A stretch of 60,939 nucleotides of DNA, counting the filler, from Sluysia triapertura (Eukaryota), in the NCBI GenBank assembly GCA_046118255.1. It is 5 parts of 5 records of this genome, joined end to end, with 100 filler letters (N's around TTAATTAATTAA, not from the genome) between each part and the next. Parts side by side here need not be neighbours in the genome. Positions count along the whole stretch, not along the records: positions 14,623 to 26,273 come from JBJNIA010182457.1; positions 26,374 to 38,335 come from JBJNIA010152272.1; 3 more parts are not named here. One strand, 5' to 3'. This document shows, piece after piece, positions 24,475 to 36,195 of this stretch (position 1 is the stretch's first letter; each line of letters starts with the position of its first letter). The position numbers and the translations under genes were made by a program. The notes beneath the pieces were generated by a model. The model was given only the letters and a program-made list of their open reading frames with translations. It ran no database searches and had not been told where the DNA came from.

Positions 24475-25219
24475 ATGTGTGGGGGGCAAAAAATATTTTA
24501 GTTTATGAAAGATAAAATTATTTTTATTATAAATGATTCGAATTAAACAATCTATAATTAAACAAAAACAGTTTAAACATATTTCTATTATATTTAACAA
24601 AATAGGTGTAAGGTGTGGAATAATAGAGAAAATGTATAATATAATTGCGTAAGAATTTCAACTTTGTTAGCTGGATTGATTGTCAAAATTGTTGTACAAT
24701 TTCAAACGCACCTAACCCTAACACTTTGAGTGCCACAGAAAATTTTCAGAAAGCCCTCATAAGGTGACAAATATTTTTTTCAAGTTCATATTTTGAGTTT
24801 CAGGTCAAAATTTTACGTTAACTCATTAAAACAACATAAATATTCGAGATAATAAATTGTTTACCTGCAATTTTTGTTGATTTAGTTCTTGCATTAAATG
24901 TTAGGTTTCACATAAGTGTAGAGATCCAAGAATACAGACAAAATCTCACAGTTTAATATGCTTTGTATTTAATTGATGAGAATCAACTTCATCTGAAACT
25001 TTTTTGGAACATGCTTAATCTTTTTGTAAATAACTTCAAGATGGACATATACTTTACTATTCTATACATGTACTGTCAGTTAACAATTATTTAAAATTTT
25101 TAAAGTAAAAAATTGATTAGAATTGAACAACGTGGGGTTGTACAAAATATCGGACTCCCACTTTCTTAACTAAGAATGAACAAAAATTAAAAAAAATCTT
25201 TTATAATTTCTTTTTCAAG

Positions 25220-26273
25220 TTACCTACGTATGATGAAATTGAACACCAACTTGATTGTCTTGGCAAACCGTATTCGGTACAGTAACCATATGCGTACTAA
25301 AAGTATTATAGAGGTACTATTGGTATTTAAAAATTGGTTACTCGTCTCGACGCTGTGAGACAAACAATTAATATATTTTAAAAACTTAGGAAAACTCTTC
25401 GTGTTTACTTCGGTTTTAAATGTGTTTATTATGACCAGTTTGTCATTTAAAAATCTTACTTTAGCTTGGTCGACCTGCGACTTAGTCGTGACGACATTGA
25501 AGTAACTTTTGTAAGGGGCCTTATGAAACTCTTGATCTTCAATTAATTTAAATTGTTTGTTATCTATTTTATTGATAAAACGACCTATATGTAGCATTGT
25601 CTTGCATGATTTATGATTGAACAACAAATTACAAAAATAAGGTAGGAAATACAAAACATTTATTAAAATTTTAAAGTTTAGTAAATAACGAGGTTGGTGA
25701 TACGCATTGTGGTTCAGCTGCACTTCTGTAGACATAGATCCCGGTCTGAAAGAATTTGACCTGTAAATAAAGTAATGAAAGATATAATATATAATATAAT
25801 TGAAGTCAAAAGTTAAATTAATAAGATTAAACTTGTTACCTCGTATGATGTTGCTTAGGTGGATCGTATCAGTTTTACTGTATCTATCCCAATTGATGTT
25901 GCTCGTACGCCGTATACTAATTGTGTCATATTTATTCTGCCTTACATCGTCAGAGTAAGTCGCTTCTATTGCGTAGTACCTGCTTCGTTTTATTCTATTT
26001 ATATAATTCACATCGGTCTTATCTCCTTTACTATCTTTTATACTAAATGAGCGTATTGTATGGATCTCATCATCTTTACTCTGCTTCATTCTATGGATAT
26101 TAATTACATGGATCATGTCGCCTCTGCTTCGCTTTGCTGTATTTACATAATTTACCTCGATTACATCTTCTTTACTATCTTTTATACTAAATGAGTGTAT
26201 TGTATGGATCTCATCATCTTTACTCTGCTTCATTCTATGGATATTAATTACATGGATCATGTCGCCTCTGCTT
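25220..26273 (-). CDS. Unknown repeat-containing protein, 5'-open ORF antisense to SF3B3
   Basis: At least 346 stop-free codons in very AT-rich DNA, open up to the gap. N-terminal part has 16-aa periodicity; hydrophobic segments follow. Confidence 0.55.
25980..26273. repeat. 144-bp tandem repeat made of three diverged 48-bp monomers
   Basis: 26026-26129 equals 26170-26273 except for one base; the contig breaks inside the array. Confidence 0.93.
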
Positions 26274-26373
26274 NNNNNNNNNNNNNNNNNNNNNNNNNNN
26301 NNNNNNNNNNNNNNNNNTTAATTAATTAANNNNNNNNNNNNNNNNNNNNNNNNNNNNNNNNNNNNNNNNNNNN
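26274..26373. other. Artificial contig spacer
   Basis: N44-TTAATTAATTAA-N44. Confidence 0.99.
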
Positions 26374-29362
26374 TTATTATAACAATAATAATAAAAATAT
26401 AATATTAATATCATTATTTTATGAGTATTAATTAATAATAATGAATTGAGCACCAAGCCAATCGTACAGACACTGTTTTCAGACATTGCTATTATATAAA
26501 TAAAAATAAACTAATAACTAACAACTAATAAACTAATAACAAATTTTTTATGATAAAATTTGATGGAAATGATGGAAAAGTGCGTGTGGAATGTGTTGGT
26601 ATGAAAATTAATTCGTATATAACTGGGAATTTCTGATAATATTAAAATATCATATTTAAAACCTTTTGAAGCAAGTGCAAGTAGTTTAAATACAAAGAAT
26701 TATAAAAATGATAAAATGAAATAAAAATTAAAACTAAATCACGAAATAAAAATAACTTATATGAACGGATAGTCAATGTATAATATCCGGATTCTACTTG
26801 TTCAAGCGGTTATAGTGTAGTTGAAGCTATTGGAATAGAATCGACATAGGTAACATCCAAAATATGAATCTAGATGCAAAACTACTTCAATGTGTTGTTT
26901 ATGTAAACATAGCTGATATTCAACGTATTTATGCAGTTGATGGTGAATTATGAATTCTGCGTATGAATTTTGTGCTTTTGTTGATAGTGAAAAGAGAAGT
27001 CATACAATCTACAAAAATAATTTAATATTATTGTTATATATGAATGTGTCAATCAAAGTAACAGACCTCAAATTTCACGAAATCATGCAATTGGAGCAGA
27101 TGATAATAATGAACTATTTCCTTTTAGAAATGGTGTTAATCATGTTAATGATATTGCGTTTGTGTAAAGATATTTGTATTGTGTCGAGATAGTTTGACAT
27201 CAATCATAATAGAGCTGTTCTGTGTTGTTAAGTTTCTAGGTCTGTACAGTTTGTGTTGAATTGATGATAATGAATGGATTCTGTATTTATGTTTGTGGTT
27301 GTCTTATGCGATATAAATTCATGTTCGTAACATTCATTGTGCATTGTCAGAAGTGACTCGAGTGTCACATTTATTAAATAATTGTAATCGATTTTAATAC
27401 TAATATAAAGGTATTAGTTTACAAAGTCACAAGAATTTATAATTAGTTTGTTACGAAACATAACGATAAGATAATTTTGAGTCGAAAAGTAATTGCAAAA
27501 AAGTTTGAAAGTCTCCAAAGATGTGTGGCTATGACGAATGTAGACTATGTGTTTTGTATATAAACTGTCATGATTAACACTGAATTTGATAGGTTTTCTC
27601 ATATATTTAGTATTAAAGTTAGGTAAAGGTATGTTTATACAGATGTAAGTAATCAGATACTTTTATTCATGAATAAATAAATTGCTAAATTTATAGTCAC
27701 TTTATCTACTGAACAAATAACATTACACTTTATGTATAAATTGAATACATTAGAAATTTTATTGAAATCTATTAAAATTAAATTATAATAGAATTTATTT
27801 ATAAAAATTTATTTCCTAATTACTTCACATATTATCAAAAGGCACAATTTTTCTTTAATTTTATGAAGTTGAACATCTCTTATAAAACAACAAAAATAAA
27901 AATCAAAACATTTATAAAAGTTAGGAACAAAAAGAGAATATATACTTACAATCCTTCATGTACCAATTCGCCATTATATTATCTTCACAACCGGAAAGAA
28001 AATCGCAGCATTGATCTTCTACTGCTTTTAGTGTATTGAGTATTTTCACCAAAATAATTTAATTAACTTCACGAAAATGATGTTGCAGAAACTCTAACAT
28101 AATAATACAGGATGCACTTCTAAGTCAAAATTTGTATTATCTGTAAAATTTCTTTTAATAATTGCGTAAACTAATTAATATATTATAAATTCGACTTCAT
28201 CCACAAATTTCGAAGCTAAACTAGAAACATGATAAAATGATTTTTTTGACTTAACTCTAAATATAGCTACTTTATCATTTTTAAAAGTAAGTGGATCGAG
28301 ATCTGAAATAAAGGTCAGCAACATTATCTGAAACATATTTGATATCAACCAAGCACTTCGATAATTCGTACAAAGACTAGATTTATCAATAAGAATGTGC
28401 TTATTAGAATGGTTTTAGAACACCTTCGTTCTTTTCATTAATAAATTGAAATAATAAGGCGTCCTCATTCATTAATCTGGATTAGACTTATGTTGTACTT
28501 AGTAGTTGTAATTAGAACACTTACTTTTATTAATTTATCTTTCTCCGCTATAACTATAATTTTATTAACAACTCAAATTTTTTATATTTGCTTCGTATTA
28601 ACATTTAGCTTTTACGCTAAATCTGTGAACTTGTTATATGTTGAGCATGATATTTTACTCTAGTAATTGTTCTCGAAGAATTTTTAATTGATTGTGTATT
28701 TCTGCTTTAATTTAAGCTCCATAATTCGTTATAATTACGACACAATTTTAAATCTTCTTTTAGTCGAGATATATAATCTTCTTCTGGTAGAATATATAGT
28801 TTCATTTCTAATAACCACCTTTCAGATTTTGGATTTTTTATTTTGTTCATTAATTCATTTGACTTTTCTGACACAAACTAGATCTCTTCAAGTAATTAAA
28901 GCATCTCAAGTGTGACGATTATTGGTATAACACATATGAATTGATATTGTACTTATTACTTTTACTGCATTAAAATTTTGAAATATAAATTAAACTAAAC
29001 TTATAAATTTTCCTCTAATTCTTTTTCGTGTTTAGTTTATTCTTTTGCAAGAAATATGTAAGCCAGAGCAATTTAATCTTTGATTCTTTGTGGGATGCTT
29101 ACATATTTATTTGATTGTAAGCGCCACTTTTCTTGTTCCTGATTTCTTTATTTTAAAAAAATTGTAAACCTTAATTGTGATTTTATTTGTGAAATTATCT
29201 ATGTCTTTTGACATATATCTTATGTGGTATCCACTCGTATACGTTGTTTTTGTTACCACGTACAATTACAAATTTACATAAAATTCACCCACTAACATTT
29301 TTTACATTTCGTAATCTCATCTCTTATCATACTGTTCAACTTTTCTAAGTTTGAAACAATTA

Positions 29363-30893
29363 TGATATAAATTTTTTGGGTCCGCCTGCGTATGTACGAT
29401 TTATATTACGTGAAAGACGTACTCACAGTATGTTAAATGTCAAAATGCTACGCGAAGAATTCCTTACTACTTACATGCAATAACTTCTTTAATAACTTCT
29501 TAAATTTTTTATTTTTTAAATAAATTAATCTAATAACTTTTTGCGTCAATTAATTATGTTTTGAAATACTTAATACATTAATAATTACGCTTTTTTAATT
29601 TTTAACTTCACAAAATATTCTTTAACCTTTATAAAATTATGCTACAAAACAAAATACGAAGATAATTTAATATAATTCGATTAACAGTTGATTGTTCAAA
29701 AATCGTTTAATAATTACTTAGAAATTAATTAATCGACTAACAATTAAAGATTAATTACAAAAATTAGTTACTACTATGTCAAAATTTCTTAAAACACTAA
29801 AAATTCAAAAACAAAATATCTATTTACAATAAAGTATATATAAGTATAAAAGTTCAGGATTTCTCCTGGATAATAAATTTGTAGTTTAAATAAGATTTTG
29901 ACTCAGGCAAATGCTTGAACTTCGAAAATATGATGATTTTAAGTGTATTTTGAGGCAAAATATCATATTTATTCATGGTTTTTTACATTAAATTTCCGGA
30001 TATTATAGTGATAATTTTCGATTTTGTCTAATTTCGATCAATGGTATTTTCTAGATAAATTCGATATCGATCAATGACAACTCCAACAGAATACTTTTCA
30101 CAAACCATTTTAGTATTGACGATTCCAAAAGAATACTTTTCCAAAAAACTGGATTTGCGTTGTAGTACTGAGCTTTATATACAGTTTTTGCCAATGAAAT
30201 ATAAATAATTTGTTTATCTTTTTTTAACGAATAATGTCGGTATTTATTTGTATTTTTTAAGTTTTGACCATCAAATAATAATGTAAATATTTAATCAAAT
30301 ATAAACGGTTTCAATTTTCAAAATAATATTATACTTTAAGTTTTGTCATTTATAATTTACTGATTAATTTTATAACTTCCTTAAGATAATGTAAACAATC
30401 AATTATAATATACATTTTTAATTTACAATTTTTTATTGAATTTTTACAAATTAATTTTTTACTAATTTTCATTAAATGAATTTATTTTTTTACAAATTTT
30501 CATTGAATTTACATTATTTACAATATTAATTTCCTTATACAAAATTAATCTGGACGTAATAAAAATAAATTACTTTTAACATGGAACTGCGAAGAATTGA
30601 ACTGAAACTTTAAAATAATATTCAATCAATATGGCGACAAATAAAATGGCGATTTTCATTATACTGATGCTAGTTTATATTAGCCAATGTAAAGTCGATG
30701 GAATATTCTAGAACATTCTAGAGGCTTATATTCCATTTTTTGAAGCTAATCTTTTTTAGAAAGTTTATTATCTTTTTTGAAAAATAATTACCTTTTAAGT
30801 GATTTTAAAGATTTATAAAGCATTTTAATTGATTTTTAAATAATTTTAATGTATTTTTTGTTATTTTAAATTGGATGTGATGACAACCTAACA
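29363..30893 (-). mobile_element. Solo-LTR-like element, copy B
   Basis: TGTTAGGTTGTCA...TATATCA termini on the minus strand; flanks AATTA / AATAA; colinear with 15603-16975. Confidence 0.55.
30674..30724 (-). promoter_or_regulatory. Heat-shock element + CCAAT + TATA-like module inside copy B
   Basis: gGAAt aTTCt aGAAc aTTCt (30700-30719), CCAAT at 30684, TAATATAAA on the minus strand at 30682-30674; same order as 5529-5590. Confidence 0.55.
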
Positions 30894-32101
30894 AATAAAT
30901 TCCAGGAAAAACTGACAATTTACACTGATTGAAATAATTAAAAACCAATAAAATATTTGAGTCATTCCTGATATTGAACATCAGTTTACTGAATGCATAA
31001 AAACTTTAGAAAAAAATCTAGAAAATATGAATTTGTTAAATCACCTATACAGGCTGACATCTGCAAAAATATTGAACAGAAATTAGTCATCATTTGTTGT
31101 CAATAGAAATATTCAAAAACCATCACAAAACTAGAAAAATATTAAAATATTATATTGAAAGCAACATTATCAACCAATAATTTATTGATTTACTACTTCT
31201 TCCTTTACGTAGAAAGTAGTAAAACAAATTATAATATTTTAATCGTAAACAACTTCGTCACAACTACTCATTCAGTTTGAATTACTTCTACGTACTAGTA
31301 AACGTTAAGGAACTTGTACTGCAAAGTATATATGTATAATGACAAAGAATTAATGCATGCTGGAGGAAGCACCGGTTCTTTGCGTGACTTTGAATTTAAA
31401 GTATATATGATATCCACTAATCTTTTTAAAATGGCGTATTTTAATGCACTGTCATTTCAAATAAAACTTTCATTATTATTATTAGGGATTTTAAGGATCA
31501 TACCAAATAGTATTATTACTAATGATACATGATGTTCGTGCACCCTGAAGGATTCTTGGATTTAATTCAAAATATTACACTTAAATTTTGTAAGTAAGCC
31601 AATAATTAGAGTGTCAGATCCTTAAAAAGAACAATCAACAGTCATTATTACAACATACAACGCCGGATAAATGGCCGGACACAAAAGTTTGAGAGATCCC
31701 GATATAAAAATAAAATATTTTTTACATTCATTATTTTTTTTATATTTTATGAATTAAAATCGATCATTTTTCATGAAACATCGAATTTTTTTAGCAAGCA
31801 ATAAATTTTTTATTTAATAATACCAACGCTAATTACTTTAATATTGTAAACTGATTACAAACTGATTTTCAAAAAAAATTAATTTAATTAACTATGTTAT
31901 TGAATTTTTGACAAATAGCATTATAAAAATCTCGCTCCTTCGTCTCTCAAATTCCATATGTTGCATTGCTTGTAAATAAATAACAATATATTATTTTTTA
32001 AATCAATAATTGTTTTACGCAGTTCTTTATTTTAATTTTGATTTTTTGCCTTTTTAACTAGTATTTTTAATTCGCGGTAAATTTATATATTCTTGTATGA
32101 A

Positions 32102-32155
32102 AGGGCGCCAAATTTTGTTTTGCCCGGGGAGCCCAAAACCCTAGACCCGGCCCTG
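32102..32155. mobile_element. Single hAT-like terminal inverted repeat
   Basis: GC-rich island whose reverse complement begins CAGGGCCGGGTCTAGGG, a common hAT terminus; partner end not found. Confidence 0.5.
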
Positions 32156-35137
32156 ACAACATGATAAAGTATACACTAAGGTTCCGTAACCTAAGACCCG
32201 TGACAGGATTTTGAAAAGATTATGAAGATATTTGACTGTCCCGTGACCGAATGTTAAATAACGATAATATATTTAGTAAACAAAAATTATTTTAATATTC
32301 ATTAAAATTCAATATTTAAATTTTAAATTTTATAACTATTTAATAGTTATTGTAATTTATTAACAAAATGACAGATTCTTAAACGATTACCTTTAAAAAA
32401 GAACGTAATTGTGACATTTCTTTATTTGTGATAAAATTCATTATATAATTGCATATCCTAACACAACAGTAATTTTGTATTTATTATTTTAGTAATTAAT
32501 TTGTCAATAAACACATACTGACTTTTTCACAATAGATCGTGAGTAAAATTTTATTACAGTAACAATATAAATTAAAGTAACTAATTTTAATTATCTTTTT
32601 AATACAGATCATTAATAAAATAGCATAATTTATACAGTTTTAAGGTCATATTAAAATCCTACTCAATATATTTAGAATTTTCATTTAAATTTTCATCTCA
32701 CAGGTACTATTTAAAAAAAGAACCTTAATAAAATTTAATCTCGCTAGTATGCAGAACCGAAATATCTAGTAAGGTCTAAAATTTTATTAACTTCTCCAAA
32801 AGGCGGGTTAAGGATCATTAAGTAATAAAAAATAAAAAAATTCTTTTGAGATTCCATTTAAGAAGGAATTTTCTTAAAATATTTCTTAAAGTTTCATTTA
32901 AGAAGAAACCATACTAAAATAATACTGTTAAGGCCTTGTATAAGACAAGTGACTTAAGTAGAAAAACTCTCACTTTATTATAAGATTAAATAAATTTTAA
33001 AATCCCAGATGAATACCATTACTCTCTTTAAAATCCTACGGACTAGCCATAACTCTAAGTCTATAATCGTTTTATTGTTTACTTGACAAACACAAACACT
33101 ATACATATATTGATACTTTTAATAGAGCTTCATCATCAATAAAGCTATCATTAGTACTCTATAGATGTAGATGACATAAGAAGATATATGTTCAGAAGTT
33201 TGATGTTTCATACATTTTTTAAGACTTTTTGTTACATTTCGAATTTCATATTTTAAATAATCATCTTCGCGTTTGTGAAGATGTATATAATATGATTTCA
33301 TTCACAGTTTTTATGAAGGTTTCCGCGAAAGAGTCATTTTAATATTCGCTATAATTTTTTAACTTTTAATCTATGGCAAAATATTTAATCAGGGTCTCAT
33401 TACCACTTATGACATCAAGTTGGCGTACCTCTAGCTAAAATTGGCGATATTCATTACAAAATTTATCTTAATTCTTAAAGCTTCTGTAACTTCATCTAAT
33501 TTATATAGTAACTAGATATTTATATAGGGTCTTTATAACTTCTTTATTAATTTTTTGTCTTTTATTAATTTAATTTAACAATGTCACAAAAAACAATTTT
33601 AAAATAAAACTTGAATTATAAATTATACTAAACAAAATTTATAAATAAAGAAATATCTCAATATAGCAGATAAAAGCTATTAGTTTATAATTAAAATTAC
33701 TAGGGTATTTAATTGACATTCTAAAGATTTTAAATGAATTTTTTCCTTCATTCAAACGAAGTTGAGAAAAATGTATTAAAATAGTACTTTAATGGATTTT
33801 AAAATTTCGATTCAGAGTCACAATTACTTTATAATTGAAATAGTTTAATGGTACAAAAACTTTTTAAATTTCTTCAGAATTTCCCACAATAATTGATACT
33901 AGATCTGTGTGACAATATCTTTGTTACTGAAATTGGTAGTTTGTAAAATTTTAAAGATAATTGCACTTTGAATTTTGATCACAGCATATCGTTAGGCAAA
34001 TTTGTTAACTTTATAAACTAAAAATCAAATATTTTGTTGAAGCTAAATTAACTGGTATGTCTGAGTTGTTAATTATTATTTGTAATAGACTAAATAAAAT
34101 ATCTCATATTCTTCTATTTTAGTGGAGGAACAAGAAAATTTAACCGAATATATAATATTTGCAGAGGTCATAAAATCAAACCAGAAATATCTAAATGTAC
34201 AAAACATATTTAAAATAGAATCCAAAATACATAATGCAATGTACTAGACTTCAAAATCGAACCTTGTCTCTAAGTTTGGCATCTTTAGCTTATTGTTTAA
34301 AATCCCTAGACTTAGATACCTTATTATTTTTAATTAATGAAAAACAGATACAATGCAAACAAATGGAGCAGAATGAATCAGAATGACAATACCATAGAAA
34401 CAAGAAATTCAATTACTAATTCCTTAATATTAAATTTGTATTATTATTACCGCTAAAATAAAAAAAATAAAAACAAAGCAAACAAAAATTTGAAAATACA
34501 TACTGTTTGAATGGTTTGTTACAACATTTTAATTTCTTTTTATTTCTAAAATCATAGAATTATTTTTCTTCAAACGACATACAAAAAATCTCTTTAAAAA
34601 TTTCATTAAAATTAGCAATAGATAATAAAAATAATATTCAAATTAAAATAAACGATGAAATTATGCATAATTTGTAGAAGAGTGCATAGGGAAATGAAGA
34701 TTTTGGATGCTTAAGTTGTTTTAGTTAAAAATAATTGTATCAATAAATGGACTACAATACAAATTTTAATTATACTAGACAGTTTTTCATTACAAATTAA
34801 CATACACACTTGTAGACATGTTATTAACAAATTTAACTTTTTGAAATAAATATATTCATTCATTCTTTATTTTAATTAATTTAATTTAATAATCAAATTT
34901 TGACATTTTGTCATGACTAAATTAGATACAGTTTACTTAGTATATTAATTTCGTGTTTATATAGAAAAAATGTTTTCTTTAAATTCTCTTTAATGTTTTA
35001 ATGAAATTTAAAAATACATACTAAATTGTATTGTGAATTTAAAATAAATTATGTAATTTTCATTTAAATGATGAAGTTATAAATTATTCATTAATTTTTA
35101 ATATTATGAAAATTATGAATTTATAAAACTACTTTAA

Positions 35138-35356
35138 CCTCTTGTCGCCCGAATTAATTCTCAAATCTAATAAAAAATTTTCGAAATTACTTCCGGTAAA
35201 TTGTTGTAATGAAAAGCTATTCAGTACCAGCTAAATATGTAGTATTAAATGAGTCGTAAACGCTACAGTGGGCTATAAGGGAATAAGTAAAGGCATTTGT
35301 TCAATAAATTATAGTTTTCAGTTTGAGTCGTATACGACTCACCGGGCGACAAGAGG
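35138..35356. mobile_element. piggyBac-type MITE, 219 bp
   Basis: Perfect 14-bp TIR CCTCTTGTCGCCCG, TTAA on both sides (35134-37, 35357-60), subterminal 18-bp palindrome. Confidence 0.92.
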
Positions 35357-36130
35357 TTAATATCATCTCGTTTAAAACACATTTAATTTAAACAAAAATT
35401 ATGATTTGTTTACACTGTTTTTTGAGATTATTTTCAAATTTTTAAAATTTTTATCCAGTAATAAGAAATTTATTCAACAAATGGTGTTCATCGAAAATGT
35501 GAGGATTATGAAATTAAGTACAATTTTAAAGTATTAATTTTATTGAATCATACAATGACAATACGATGAATGATACATAAAAAATAATATAAAAAGTTCT
35601 AAAAATTCACAAATATTTAAATAAAAGATTCATTTTTATTTTTTAAATATTAAATCAACAAAACGTCGCTAAATCTTACTTTGGCGATTTATTAAAAATA
35701 TAAATTATACGAAATACATTATAGAAAATGAATATTATAATTTTATAATTATTAAAATTTTGTTTGGGTTATTGCGCATTACCCCTTACAGAAAACAATA
35801 GTTGGTATTCTAATTGGTTACGATATTCAAAGTATTAAAATTATTATCATCTAAAAAACAATATTTCTATTATATTAATTATTATTCATATTATTTTTAT
35901 TACCGTTTTATTACTATTATAATTAATACGTCGGTTCCTTACAGTATACTTGTGAAAAGTTCTTGATATAAATTAAAATAACTTTTCTTAGTTTCACGAC
36001 GTAGAATTTAGATAATACCTTAATGTGTGCACCGTAAGTAAATTTTTTTCAATCATTTCTTTACTCAGCGATAATACATTATTCAATACATTTAATTCAA
36101 TTTAAATACAATTAAATTTATGCCATTAAA

Positions 36131-36132
<2 letters not shown>

Positions 36133-36181
<49 letters not shown>

Positions 36182-36195
36182 TTAATAATAATAAT
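36133..36195. repeat. (AAT)n microsatellite
   Basis: Directly visible. Confidence 0.95.

Noticed and set aside
25859-26273. CRISPR-like array, or the plus-strand ORF 25859-26050
   Set aside because: Contiguous tandem units without unique spacers in a eukaryote; the plus ORF is the shadow of the longer minus ORF.
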